A stretch of 64,000 bases of DNA, taken from Selaginella moellendorffii. Taxonomy: Eukaryota; Plantae; Lycopodiophyta. The stretch covers positions 3,274,603 to 3,338,602 of the forward strand of contig NW_003314262.1 of NCBI RefSeq assembly GCF_000143415.4. The letters are read 5' to 3'. Position numbers and translations under genes: made by a program. Each line of letters begins with the position of its first letter. Positions within the stretch are counted from its first letter, which is position 1. Positions 34,467 through 46,596 of this stretch are shown here, piece by piece. Below the pieces are notes generated by a model, which saw only the letters and a list, made by a program, of their open reading frames with translations, did not search any database and had not been told where the DNA came from.

Positions 34467-37115
34467 CTACTGGAAATAATTGAGTTTTGTTTTCAGATTC
34501 TTTCCAGTGGACATAGCGTTCGAGAGTGATACGTACGGTGCACAGTCGAGAGGCTGCAGCTTGGCGGCAGTATCAGCTGCTCGAGCTGCTGTTTCGGCGT
34601 CACCATGCACCAAGCAAGCGCCGAGCAGGGAATTCCAGGCCACGGGATTTGGCAGATGAGTAGCAAGTTCTTCGGCTCTGTGGAACTTCCCAGCTCGGGC
34701 AAGCAGGTCTAGTAGACAGGCATAGTGCTGGACAGTGGGCTTGAGGTTGTGGTCACTGCTCATGGCGTACAGATAGCTGACAGCTTCGTCCATCAAACCA
34801 GTGTGGCTGCATCCAGACAGAATGCTGATGAAGGTGACGGCGTTGGGCTGGATACCTCCGTGAAGCATTCCTCGAAAGGCTTGTAGAGCTCCGTCAGCGT
34901 CACCGTTGTGAGCACAGGCTGCGGCCATGGCACTCCAGGAAACGACGTTCTTCTGGGTGAGAGCATGGAAAACTTTTCGAGCTCGAGACAAGTTCCCGCA
35001 ACGACTGTACATATGTAGCAGAGTGTTAGCAACGTCAATGTCGGAGTCCAGGCCGCAAGCGGCAGCCAGTGCGTGGATCTTCACCCCCTGGAGCAACTTA
35101 GAAGGATCTCCGGCACAGGCGTTCAGGATATTGACGAAGGTGGTCTTGTCGGGATGGCGACCGTGGTGGAGCATTCTCTGGAAGGTACCCAAGGCTTGGT
35201 TTGGCAGACCATTTTGATTCCAGGCGGAGAGCATGGAGTTCCAAGTGACAACGTCCTCAACGCTTTGTTGGAGTAGCTCTTTGAAGACGTTCTCGGCTGC
35301 TTGCAAGTCCCCGGACGTCCCATACAGTGTGACCAGAGCATTTCCAACAACGGTGGAGGTTGCAAAACCGAAGGCAGCTGCTTGTGCGTGGAACTCTATG
35401 CCTCGTTTCAAGTCGTGGAGATTGGCAGCGGCTTTGATGACAGTGACCATGGTAACAGGATCCGGTTTGTGGCCGTGGAGCTGCATGGCTCGGTAGACAC
35501 GGATGGCTGCTTCGTTGTCTTCGTTCTGCTCGCAAGCGAGGATCATCGACGTCCAGGATATTACGTTGGTACGGGGCATTTGATCGAGAACTTGAGCAGC
35601 ATCCGCCAGCCTTCGACAGTTTCCATACATTTTGATCAGAGCAGACCCAAGAACAACGTCGGTTTGGTTTGAAGGCCAGGACTGGCTGATCCTGGAATGG
35701 ATCTCTACGGCTCTTGAGAGGTCTCCCATCATTCCGCAAGCATCCGCGGCGCTTACGAAGGTGATTGCATCGGGCTTCACTCCTTCCTGCTCCATTCGTC
35801 TGAAAAACTCGAGAGCTTCGCCAGCTTTTCCTTCTTGGACATGTCCCGAGATAACTGCAGTCCAAGCGAACTTCTCTGGATCAAGATGCTCCTGCTGCTG
35901 CATTTCCTGCAAGAGTTTTGAGGCTTGTTCGCTACGGCCGTTTTGAGCGTAGGCAGTCACCATGGCAGTCCACGAGATTTTATCTTTCGTGGGCATCCTC
36001 TTGAAGACTTCTTCCGCTTCGTACAAGCTTCCACATTTGCTGTACATGTTGACGAGGCTGGTTCCAAGGACAACGTCCGACTCGATCCATCCTTCCTCGC
36101 TACTGATCAAGTGGAGGACCCTGCCGTGTCCCAGAGCTAAGAGGTTGGAACAGGATATAAGCAGCGCGACCGCAGTAAAGCTGTCCGGCTTCGTTCCTTG
36201 CTGCTGCATCTGGAAAAACAGCTGAAGAGCGTCGCGGTCGAAGCCATGAGTGACAGAAGCGGATATAATCGTGCTCCAGGAAGCCGGACTTTTCTCCACC
36301 ATCTCTTCGAAAACACGATACGCGTCTTGAAAGGTACCGCACTTTGCAAACATGTTGATGGTGGAAGTGCTAACGAGGACGTCCGGCTTGTCCTGGCTTT
36401 GGACACTACAGGCATGGAGCAGCTCCCCGTGAACTAGAGCGGGCTCTCCTAACTTAGAACACACATCCAGCGATTTGAGGAACGTGAAGCTATCCGGCCT
36501 GACGCCTTCGAGCAGCATGGTGCGAAAGAAACGAAGAGCTTCCAGACTCCGCTGGTTCAACGAGTACGTAACCAGCATCGCGTTCCAGGAGGTGATGTTC
36601 CTGTGCTGCATCTCGTCAAACACGGTCTTGGCATCGCTCACGCTCCCGCATCTCCCATACATGTTGACGAGAGCAGTAGCTACAACAACATCTCCAGCTG
36701 CAGCAGCTCCAGGGAAAAATCTTGTGTGGAGCTCTCGAGCTTGGTCGAGAGCGTCCGGTTGGTCGCAAGCTTCGACGATTCGCAGGAGCGCAATTCTGTC
36801 CAGCTTGACGGACTCGGAGACCATCTGCTTGACGAGCTCGAGAGCCAGCGTGGAGTACCCATTGCGGGTATATGCTGTGACCATCAGGGTCCAGGAGAAG
36901 ACGTTCTTTCGCTGGATACCATCGAAAACAGCTCTTGCTTCCTCGACGCTCCGGCACTTGCCATACATCTCAACGAGACGATTTGCAAGGTACCTATCTC
37001 CCCCGTGACTGCTTTTCAGTATCTCTGCGTGGATCTTTCTACCTCGTGCTAAGTCTTTGATCTCTCCGCAGGATTGCAGCGAAGTTGCAAAGATCTCGCA
37101 AGTTTCCACTTGCAT
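34467..37115 (-). CDS. PLS-class PPR-E protein
   Basis: 882-aa ORF with P/L/S motif triplets; HYACLLDLLARAG, WNSLLGAC, PYVSLSN end. Confidence 0.93.
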   Translation of the reverse strand: MQVETCEIFATSLQSCGEIKDLARGRKIHAEILKSSHGGDRYLANRLVEMYGKCRSVEEARAVFDGIQRKNVFSWTLMVTAYTRNGYSTLALELVKQMVSESVKLDRIALLRIVEACDQPDALDQARELHTRFFPGAAAAGDVVVATALVNMYGRCGSVSDAKTVFDEMQHRNITSWNAMLVTYSLNQRSLEALRFFRTMLLEGVRPDSFTFLKSLDVCSKLGEPALVHGELLHACSVQSQDKPDVLVSTSTINMFAKCGTFQDAYRVFEEMVEKSPASWSTIISASVTHGFDRDALQLFFQMQQQGTKPDSFTAVALLISCSNLLALGHGRVLHLISSEEGWIESDVVLGTSLVNMYSKCGSLYEAEEVFKRMPTKDKISWTAMVTAYAQNGRSEQASKLLQEMQQQEHLDPEKFAWTAVISGHVQEGKAGEALEFFRRMEQEGVKPDAITFVSAADACGMMGDLSRAVEIHSRISQSWPSNQTDVVLGSALIKMYGNCRRLADAAQVLDQMPRTNVISWTSMILACEQNEDNEAAIRVYRAMQLHGHKPDPVTMVTVIKAAANLHDLKRGIEFHAQAAAFGFATSTVVGNALVTLYGTSGDLQAAENVFKELLQQSVEDVVTWNSMLSAWNQNGLPNQALGTFQRMLHHGRHPDKTTFVNILNACAGDPSKLLQGVKIHALAAACGLDSDIDVANTLLHMYSRCGNLSRARKVFHALTQKNVVSWSAMAAACAHNGDADGALQAFRGMLHGGIQPNAVTFISILSGCSHTGLMDEAVSYLYAMSSDHNLKPTVQHYACLLDLLARAGKFHRAEELATHLPNPVAWNSLLGACLVHGDAETAARAADTAAKLQPLDCAPYVSLSNAMSTGKNLKTKLNYFQ

Positions 37116-37136
37116 GAGGTAAGCAAAATGGTGGTT

Positions 37137-38612
37137 TCACTCACCTGGATTTTTCGTTGTTGCGTAGAAGTTCGACACTGAGATGTACGCCTGTCCCTTC
37201 TCGGACTCCAGCTCTAGGACTTGCTCCGCGATGCCAGCGCCGCGACTAAACTCCCCATGAACGTTACAAAAGCCGAGCAGCGTGGCCGACACGAGCTGGA
37301 CGAGCTCCGAGTTAAAGTCACTTCGACCGGACAAGAGTCTCTGGGCTTCGTCCAGCCTTCCAGCCCGTCCCAGGATGTCGATCACGCACACGCAATGCTG
37401 CTCCAGGGGCTTGACGGAGTAGTCCGGCAGCATCGAGCTCAGCCAGTAGAGCGACTCGTCGACGAGCCCGGCATGGCTGCACGAGAAGAGAAGGCTGACA
37501 AACGTGACCTTGTTGGGGGCAACGCCGTCGAGCAGCATCTCCCGGAAGAGCTCCACCGCCGGCTCGTGGTGGCCGTTCTGCGCATAGGCCGCGACGATGG
37601 CACTCCAGGTGACGACGTTCTTCACTTTCATGCTCGAGAAGAGGCTCCTCGACTCGTGAACAAGCCCGGCCTTGGCGTAGAAGTTTAGCAGCGCGTTCCC
37701 GACGACACCATCGCATTCCACCGACGAGGCTAGCAAGCGAGAGTGGAGGACAGTGCCTTGCTCCAGTGACGGGATGCTAGAGCAAGCGTCAATAGCAGCG
37801 ACGAATGCAAACCTGTCCGGCTCGAGACCTTGGAGGTCCATCTTCCGGAAGAGAAGCAGCGCCTCTCTGGCATGCCCGAGCTGGTTATACGCCGTCATCA
37901 TCGCAGTCCAGGCGATCAAGTCGGGATCCAGGACTTGGAGCTGCATTCTCTCGAAGATCTCCGCAGCCTGTTCGATATGCCCGTTCTGGGCATACGCGTC
38001 GATCATGGCAGTGGAGCATATCACCGTCGGGTTCTCGAGGCTGTGGAAGATCTTCACGGCGGGGTTGACGCAGCCACACCGGCCATACATGCTGATGAGC
38101 GAAGTCGCCAGGACGGACGTGAGTTTGAGGCCCTGCTGGTGGATTCTCGAGTGGATGGTCTTGCCGAGCGAGAGGAAGGCGAGGCCGAGGTTGGAGCAGG
38201 CTTCCAGGATGGCGGAGAAGGTGAACTCGTCGGACTGGACGCCGTGGACGTCCATCTCGCGGAAGAGCTCCACGGCCTCGAAGAAGAGGCCGTTGTGGGT
38301 GTGAGCGACGATGAGGATGGTCCAGGTGAAGACGTTCTTGCGGCTCACGGTGTGGAAGACGGCGATGGCGTCGTGGACGCTGCGGCAGCGGCCATACATC
38401 TGGATGAGGAGGTTGCAGAGGTAGCGGTCGCGGTGGTAGCCGCTGGTGATCATCTGGAGGTGGACCGCTCGCCCGGCGTCCAGGTTCTTGGCGTCACCGT
38501 GGAGCTTGAGCATGGACTTGAAGAAGTGGACGCGCTTGGGATCCAGCGCGTGGGTCTTTCTCGCTGCTACTGGTGGTGGCTCCTTGAGCTCTGGATTCAA
38601 TCGCAACAACAT
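37137..38612 (-). CDS. PLS-class PPR-E protein
   Basis: 491-aa ORF with P/L/S motifs; HCVCVIDILGRAG, AYISVSNFY end. Confidence 0.9.
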   Translation of the reverse strand: MLLRLNPELKEPPPVAARKTHALDPKRVHFFKSMLKLHGDAKNLDAGRAVHLQMITSGYHRDRYLCNLLIQMYGRCRSVHDAIAVFHTVSRKNVFTWTILIVAHTHNGLFFEAVELFREMDVHGVQSDEFTFSAILEACSNLGLAFLSLGKTIHSRIHQQGLKLTSVLATSLISMYGRCGCVNPAVKIFHSLENPTVICSTAMIDAYAQNGHIEQAAEIFERMQLQVLDPDLIAWTAMMTAYNQLGHAREALLLFRKMDLQGLEPDRFAFVAAIDACSSIPSLEQGTVLHSRLLASSVECDGVVGNALLNFYAKAGLVHESRSLFSSMKVKNVVTWSAIVAAYAQNGHHEPAVELFREMLLDGVAPNKVTFVSLLFSCSHAGLVDESLYWLSSMLPDYSVKPLEQHCVCVIDILGRAGRLDEAQRLLSGRSDFNSELVQLVSATLLGFCNVHGEFSRGAGIAEQVLELESEKGQAYISVSNFYATTKNPGE

Positions 38613-38804
38613 CGCGCGGCATTGGAAGAAAAAAGAGGTTTTTAGATCATCGTTCGATTGTTACAGATGATGTAAGTGGTAACCTCTGGCTCACTTTAGT
38701 ATGAAGTTCTTAGCAAAGGTAACGCGAGCGGAAGTTTTAGTTTAAACTTTGATTCTTTTGTAACAAGAGCCACCAGGTTTCTGTTTTAGTCACTTTTGAA
38801 GAGC

Positions 38805-40403
38805 TTAATACAAACTCCATGGAACAGTCATCACATACTGATGAACCCTGTTCATCCCGGCAACCTCTCTCTGATACAAGGATCCATCGTCTTTCTTGAA
38901 GCCCTGGTACGTGTATCCCTCAAAGCTAGGCTCGGGAACGACGTAGATGAGTTTGTACTGCTTGGGACGCACCAGCTTGAGCTTGTCATGCAACTCATCC
39001 AACCCCTGAACGAGCTCGTGGATCTTGGACCAATAGACCGGATGCGTGGCTGATGTTGTAACCTGGAGAATTACGTCCGGAGTGACCAGCGAATCGAAAG
39101 ATTTCTCGTTTGACGCGTAAGGCTCCACGAAGCAATTGTCAGGCAAGCCTGCAAGGCCCCGTGATTCCTCCGTCCCCGCACGATAAGCGTCCACAGGACT
39201 CACGTCCTTGGCGTATACGTTGAAACCAGACCCCACGCAGCGCTTCTTTACGAACACTTTCCACTCGCGCAGCCGCTTCACTGACGTTGGCCTCCGATGG
39301 AAGAGTTCGACGCCGTCACCTTCCTCTTCCAGGGATCGAAGATCAAACTCGTCACCTCCAGTGGCAAGTACCTTGTGGACGTGCTGCTGGTATATTTTGC
39401 CCGCCAAGGTGTTTGCAACCGGATATCCCCGGCATAAGTCGAAAAAGTCACGGAAAGCCTGAAACCCCTGCTCCTCAAACCTTTCAAAAGCAAGCTTCTG
39501 AATGCAGTCCGAGCCAAACACCAGGTGTATGTTCGAGTCGAATCTGTCAGTCGTAAGACGGTAGTGGAGCAGAATATCAGAAACAGCGGGGTCCTTGTCC
39601 GAGTTGAGTGTGCAGTGGAGCACTTTTCTCCAGCTCTCCACCCTGGCAGCTGCCTCGTGCACCAACCCTTGGAGCGCGGCCACCGAGAACTTCTCCGCGT
39701 TGAAGAGAAGCCTTGGTAGCCCGCCACAGTAGTAAAAGCGGACACCGATTTCCTCGTCTGTCATTCCCAGCTCAAGCTCCTGGTTGCACTGCTGCAGTTC
39801 CTCGAGAGACCAGGCTCCCAGGCGGCATATATAGCCATGGTCCTTGGAGAACTCGTGGTAGCCAGTGCGATCCGGCGATCCGACGCACTGGATGAGAGGC
39901 CCCAGGTGGCTTATTCCCCTCGAGCCCCCGTCGACGATGAGCCAGACGCTCGTCATGTCCCACCCCCGCGGTCGAGTATACCATTTCGATTGCAGCACCA
40001 GAGGATCGTCCAGCGAGAAGTCGAAGAAAAAGTACTCTGGATCTTCGGTCCTCCACACTACTTTCTGTCCTTCCTGAGCTCTACTGTGAAAGAAGTAGTG
40101 GCCATAGAACGTCTTGCCAATACCTGGCGTTGAAACGATGTGGAAGTTCTTCAACCCTTTCCTCTCATTCACGACCCTGCTCCACTTCTCCGCAATGAAC
40201 TGATCCATGAAAAGGTAGTTTGGATGGACCCAGAGCTTGGACAGGTTGTAACGGCCCAAGAAGCCAGACGGGATGTGGAGGCAGCGGTCCTGGAGCCTGG
40301 CATGCTTTACCTCCCGGCCGTAGGCAGCGAGAAAAGGATCTGACACACAGAAACTGTTAGAGATAATTCGTGACGCCTAGATCATACCGAGCTCCTCGCT
40401 CAT
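38805..40403 (-). CDS. Crinkler/RHS-type P-loop NTPase + restriction-endonuclease-like (CR-NTPase + CR-REase) protein; 2 exons (40403-40388, 40339-38805)
   Basis: Walker A STPGIGKT, Walker B WLIVDG, GSP, AWSLEEL, RFYYCGGLPRLLF; C-terminal GKIYQQHVH...PYASNEKSFDSL...LQVTTSATHPV...LIYVVP...QYV. A 48-bp intron 40340-40387 gives MSEELDPFL. Confidence 0.82.
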
Positions 40404-40819
40404 CTCGCTGTCGCCGAAAACCCTAGCACGGTGTAGCGGTCTAAGAAAAAATAAGCTATAGTAGGTTTCTCAAAGAATAAAAACATTCCTCGCAAAAAAA
40501 AAAAAAAAAGAATCCCTCTAGACGAATTTCTTGCGTGGAAGAAGCCCAGATCCTTCTGGCGTGACGCCTAACCCTAGATTGCGAGAAAACAGGGATGGCC
40601 CGGCTCGTCACGATATCTCAATCAGAGGATGATATCATGCAAGAAGATTGGCCTCTGAGGCACAAGAATGCACTACAAACCACCCCCCCGACCCCCTTGC
40701 CACGTCATCACTGTCCGTTCTCCTCGTGTCAAGCCTCGTGTCAAGTATTGACTATGCCACTATGCCACTTCTTTTCAAAGGTTCTGTTTAACAATGTACT
40801 CCACAACTCAAGTTATTAA

Positions 40820-43800
40820 CGCATTTCCAAATTACTTCCATTCTAGATGACACCAACAATGAGCAGCACTGTTCCATGCTATATAGAAGTCACTAGCAAT
40901 TTCTTGACTCTGTAATCTCAACTTCCCTCACTCCAACAGCAATTTAGCATGCCCTTTTATTCCTTTTGAAAGCTGATTCAAAGTTCAAGAAAAAGTTTTG
41001 AATTTTAAAAGTAAAGTTTTTATTTGATATAACTTTAAATTGGGAAATAGTTAAAGGAGCCATTTGTGGCCAAAACTTCTTTATATGCTACATAGTGTAC
41101 TAATACAATATGAAGGACAATTTGTTTCAGCAATATCACTAAGTCTATTTGCTAATTTTGCAAAAATGTAAAAAGAGACATCTTTAATGGAGATCTTCTA
41201 AATACCTTGTTACAGGCTTATTTGCTGTAATGTATATAGTTTTCACCTTTTACATTGATGTTAGAGGTAGAAACAACATTATTCAGAACACTTTTTACAT
41301 TCTATTGATATGATAACTTGTAAATTTAGACACTTTCCATAAATAACACAGAATTAAAATGGGACCAATATATAAGGCATGATAGTGAGGGTTTTACAGA
41401 CATAATAAGATATCATGTTAGCAATATTGAGGAAATAATACCTAATATATAAGATTTTTTGTCAAACTAATGCAAGACAGTAAAAAAGAACTAATAAATT
41501 GGGCTAAGTATACTTGTTGTGAATGTGATTACGGGTATCAAAAGTTATTTATTAGTGAGTTATTTTAAATATTCTTTCTTTACTGCTATGATGGCAGAAA
41601 ATTAGTATTGTTGGACCTTTTATTACACTCTCTTGTGCTACTAGAGTTAACTGGGCATTTTGAATGTAATTATATTGGACGAGCATAAAAATGGAATTCT
41701 TACATACTATTACCTAAACATGCTTAGCCTGGTAAAGAGTTTCTATCTCATTGTATCTTGCACTGGCTAATGATAAACACTCCTACAATATTGAGTTTAA
41801 TCCCTCAATATTCACTAAATAATAACTTATTATGTCCACTAAGACACCCTTGTTATCATACTGTGAGACATAAATACCTAAGCTCCAAAGTGGAGCCAAA
41901 AGTGTGTTATATATTAGTGGTTAAAGTAGGAGTTCACGAATATAACACGTTTGGACCAAAAGTTTCAACTTGGGAAGTTAAGAGTGGGAGTGGAACTCCC
42001 AACAAAGTGCTTGAAGAAAGAGTACAAAGTGATCAATGAATTAGTCTCTAGTAAAGGGACACAAAAGGACCAACATATGGCAAATGTTATGACACATAGA
42101 AGTGTCGGGACCGAGTTCGAGATGGAATTGGAGAAAGAGTCCAAAATGGAGTTTGCAATAGAATCTGAGATGGAATCTGAAATGGAGTCTGAAATGGAAA
42201 TCAAGACCAAAACCAAGACCCATGTGGTGGGTGATGATATAACCATTGAGGAGTCCAATGTTAGAGTGAACACATAGGTAACTTGGTGAAGTGTTCAGAA
42301 ACTGACTCTAACTCCCCCGAAAAATTAAATGGTTGATGCTCCCAATCCAAGTATGGGTGGCATTACTTACTTGGATACTTGGTGTGGCTCATCAAAACCT
42401 CATTCTAGCCACTTGGCTAGTGCACCCAGAGGTGGAAGATGGGGGAGTACCCATGGGGCTTATATAGGGCCATGGTGTTTTGAAATGTTGTTTTAAATCC
42501 TAGACTGTGGAAAGGAAAATGAGTAGTCCTTTTGTATAGTTAGTAAGGGTATGGTCACGTGGTGAAGAAGTTCTAAAGGTGAATATGGAACTTTAGGCCT
42601 TAATCCAACAGCAATGTTGGCAAGCACTACTATGGACGAAAAGGGACTTGGTGGGGATTGAAAGGATATTAGGGAAGGGTGTTCCCCATATCTCCAAAGG
42701 TGTGGTCATGGGATGACCATTTAGGGATGGATGGCCCAATTTTTGGGAAATGGGATTAAGGTATAGGTGGTTTTAGATTACCAATAAAATAAAAGTGAAT
42801 AAACACAGCCTTAGTATAGTGGGTTAATATATCAATGGTACCTTTCGGTGTTTATAGTGAAATTGGACATATGAAGAACTTAAACCAAGTGCAAAAGCAA
42901 AGGGGCATAGAGGCCATTTATGAGGCTAATAAGTCTCTAAGTCGAGAATAGAACTTATGGAGGTTGTGATCCTCTAAATGGTTAAATGTGTAATTAAGTA
43001 ACTAAAGTGGAATAGAAAAATTAGTTGTTTATATATGCTTCATATTTGGTCCTATTAGCTATTTATGAAAAGTGTTCAAATTTGTAAGTTGAGCATATCT
43101 ACAGAATGTAGAGATTGTCCTGAATATGATGGTGTTTTTCTTGCATTCAAATTTGTAATCTAACACTATTCCATATTTAATAAGTTTTTGTGATTATCCC
43201 AAAGACTAACTCATGGGATTGGTGGGATTTGAGTGAAAGTGTTTTGCTTGGGGGTGGGGGTTGGAAGGGGGTTTAAATGTATAGTAAGGATAGTAAGTAT
43301 GTTGGGCATGGAAGATCAATCTAAAGTATAGTGTAATTTTTGTTTCCCGTTTGTGTGTTAGTCTTTATTCTACATTTGGCTTAGGTCCAAGCCTAAACTC
43401 CATACTCTACTAGTTAGTGGAATACCTATATCCTCATATTAGACTTATTGAAATAGCATTAGGTTTTGTTATGCGTATCGCATAATAAGATGGTAAATGC
43501 TTTAGGACTTTTCTAATATCACTCTATGCTCCTACCCTTCACTCCTTGGGTGTATGCTCGGGAGTTGTACCATGCTTTGGTTCTTTCACTATTTGGCTAA
43601 ATGCTCAGAAGTTTAGCTCCATCCCTTTGTTTAGTGGCCCAAAACTTTAAAACTCAAGTTCCACTCTGTTGCTTTTGGCCCATGTGTTTAAGGGATGTTT
43701 CATTCTGTGGTTATTCTATAATTAATCACTATAGGGTAAAGGGTGAAAGTTACGTGCACTATATTTAGTATCAAAGAATGAGTCTCAACGAATACTATCC

Positions 43801-45520
43801 AATGTGAGTGGATAATTAATCTTATTATATACATAGAGATGATAATGATGACCTGAGTGGGTATACATTTGGTCACTATGGCTTTGCATGCATCCCTTGG
43901 GTATAGAATTTAGTTACTTTTTCATACTAGATTATATAAGCTTTCGCTTGGGCTCAAAAAATAGATATGAAATGTACCGTCTATATGAGTTTGAGCATAG
44001 GCTTATAAATGAGGCATATTAGAAACTTAAGGTTATGCTTTGAGTTGGCAAGATTAATGTTTGCCTATCGATTGTTATCATGAGTTATTTCAGATTACCA
44101 TGGTTAAAAATAAACCTCCTATAAGTTTGTTATGAGTGGTGAATAAACTAGTCCATATCTATTTAGCATCACACTAGTGGATCCTTTCTAGGCATAATCA
44201 TGAATAGATCAAATAAACTGTAGAGATAATCTATTAGTTCAAGTAGTCATTATTGTGCTCCTTCATAAACTTTTCTTAGACTGGATTGAAGGCAATACAA
44301 ATGCAAACTTGAGGCTTAGTCAAAATTTAGACCAAAAAGAAAATCATTAGGGACAAAAGATTAAATATGTAAATCATCTTTTTTTTCTTCAAGAGATGAT
44401 TTACAAGAAAGTGTGATCTTATTGCTAGTGTTCAAATTATGCAACTGGAAGTCTTCATTTAGATGTATGTTAGTTATAATGGTCTTACAAGTGATGAGTT
44501 GTTAGTGGATAGTGATGAAGTGCTAAATCAATTGGTCCAGGTTTAATATTGAGCCTTGAGTTACAATCTCAATTCTTTTCTAAAGAATTTTACTATTATT
44601 CTTTAAGTACCTTGGTGTTTGATTAATTTTGAGTTTCATCAGAAAGAGGGTGACATAAATTTATCTATATTGTAAACAAAGTTGGTGGTATTAAGTATTA
44701 TAAATCTCTTCGATGGAATATGGCATTTATATTACATTTTATAAAATTAAGTTGACACTTGATACTCACATAAACCTTAGAGTACTGATATGGGTGTTAT
44801 TTGTAATGTTACTCAATTGATGATAAGGTTATTGTGATGTTTATATCATATCTTAGTATTTATGAGGTATGTGTTTATGAAATTGTTTGATCAAATAATG
44901 ATCAACCCTAAAGTGGTTGATAAAGATGTTAGTCTACTTGCATATAGTAACATTGTAGCTAAGTTAACGTTATCATATTGAAACTTGAAATTGATTGAAG
45001 AAGAGTGTTAATGCAATATGGATATTTGAAGATATGGTCATTGTCATTGAGTTTTGGGTATTCATTTTAGCATTTACGGATATTGGTGTTGGATGTCAGT
45101 TATGTGGGTATATGTTGAATGCTTATACATGTTGTTGAGTCATAAGAATTTATGTTAAAGTGAACCAAGTTGCAGATAGGAAAAAGTTAGTTGAGTCTTA
45201 AAAGTTTACATTTCTAGATTGAGAGTTATTTTTTGTCTAGGATGGAAAACTTTTTATAAAGTTTCTTAGATTTTTCTAGTGGTTGATTTGTTAATCATTT
45301 TGCCCGAAAACCATTTTATTTTTAATAGCCATTACAAATTGGTGAAGTGGTTTAAATTAACTTTGGTTAACTTACAGCTTAATTGGTAATTTGTATGATG
45401 CAACTAAAAGGAATGCTAACTTTTAAGGTTAAGACAATTGAATTTGGAGTTGCCATAGAAAATTAGCTGTTGTGCTTTCTTAAAGAGGTGACCCTTCTAT
45501 TTTTCTTCTGTAGCATCATG
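40820..45520. mobile_element. Degenerate LTR-retrotransposon remnants in both orientations
   Basis: 41515-41890 and 43060-43763 are diverged copies of the LTR at 45521-46423, the second ending GTGCACTATA plus a degenerate PBS TTAGTATCAAAG. 41240-41350 is an inverted copy. 43833-45520 is the reverse complement of about 56240-58222. Confidence 0.7.
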
Positions 45521-46596
45521 TGTTGCAAATGTGACTTTAGGTACTTGTTAGCCAGTCTTTACAAACACTCTTTCCTTACTGCCATGACGGCAAAAGGTCG
45601 GTACAGTTGGTTCCCTCTATCATTCCCACTTAAGCTAGTTGAGAAATTGGTTAATGACTGTGTACTTAAATTGGATAAACATAAAGTAGGAACCTTATGT
45701 ATTTTTTGTTAAGTATACTCGGCCTAGTTTGAGAAACTCCTGTCATTGGCTTGCACTTGCTAGTATCAAGAACCCCCGCGTATTGAGACTAGTCCCTCAA
45801 TATCGCTGAATGATAGCTTACTATATTTGCCAAACACCTTCGCTATCATGCTTTTTATGTTGGTCTTGTTTCAATTCCAAATGCTATTTATGGAAAGTGT
45901 CTAGATTCGCTCATTTGGCATATCTACGGAATGTAGAGGTCGGCCTGAACATAATGGTGTTCGTCCTGTGCCTAAATTCGCAATCTAAGGCCATTCTAAA
46001 TTTAGTAAGTTTCAAACTTGTCCCAGAGACTAACTCCTGGTACTAAGGGAGGCTTGGGGTGAAAGCCCAAAGCATGTGTTCCTCAACATAGGGGGGCTAT
46101 GGGGGGTTCCAAATGTATAGTAGGGATAGTGGTTGGAATGCATGTCTGACCACCTGAGACATTAGTTTGGCTCCCACTAGGTTGTGTCGTTCCTTGTTCT
46201 GCATCTGGCTTGGGTCTAAACCCAAGTCCCACGTTACTCTAGTCGGTGGGGTACCCTCCTCTTCGCGTTAGGCCACTAGTATGCCAAAATTGTGCCAGAC
46301 TTCGTCTGACACCATTTTGCATGCAGGTGCTGGATATGGGGAGCTGGTGCTCGTGGGATTGTACCGGACTCTTTTTGTAGTGCAACGGGCTTGGAGTTCG
46401 GCTCCAAATTCAGGTGCACTACATTTGGTATCAGAGGAATTGTCTTAACAATTCCTATCCAACTTTTGTCGGATTTTCTGACTCAAGTTGCATATGCAGA
46501 GACTTTTCTAGTAGATCCGACGCGACTTGTGTAGGATTAGTTGGATTGCACCATTCGGTAAGAACGTTGTAAGCATGTTCAGTTACTGATAGAGAT

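Noticed and set aside
37830-38645. 271-aa antisense ORF in the PPR (also 23150-24163 and 8622-9536)
   Set aside because: Shadow ORFs opposite real or decayed coding sequence, with no domain-like features.
41951-42277. ESEM-repeat ORF
   Set aside because: Short low-complexity repeat within degenerate TE sequence; no supportable gene.
40671-46382. CACTA element bounded by CACTACAAA / TTTGTAGTG
   Set aside because: No 3-bp TSD (ATG versus CAA), the right motif lies within the Gypsy LTR, and there is no CACTA transposase.
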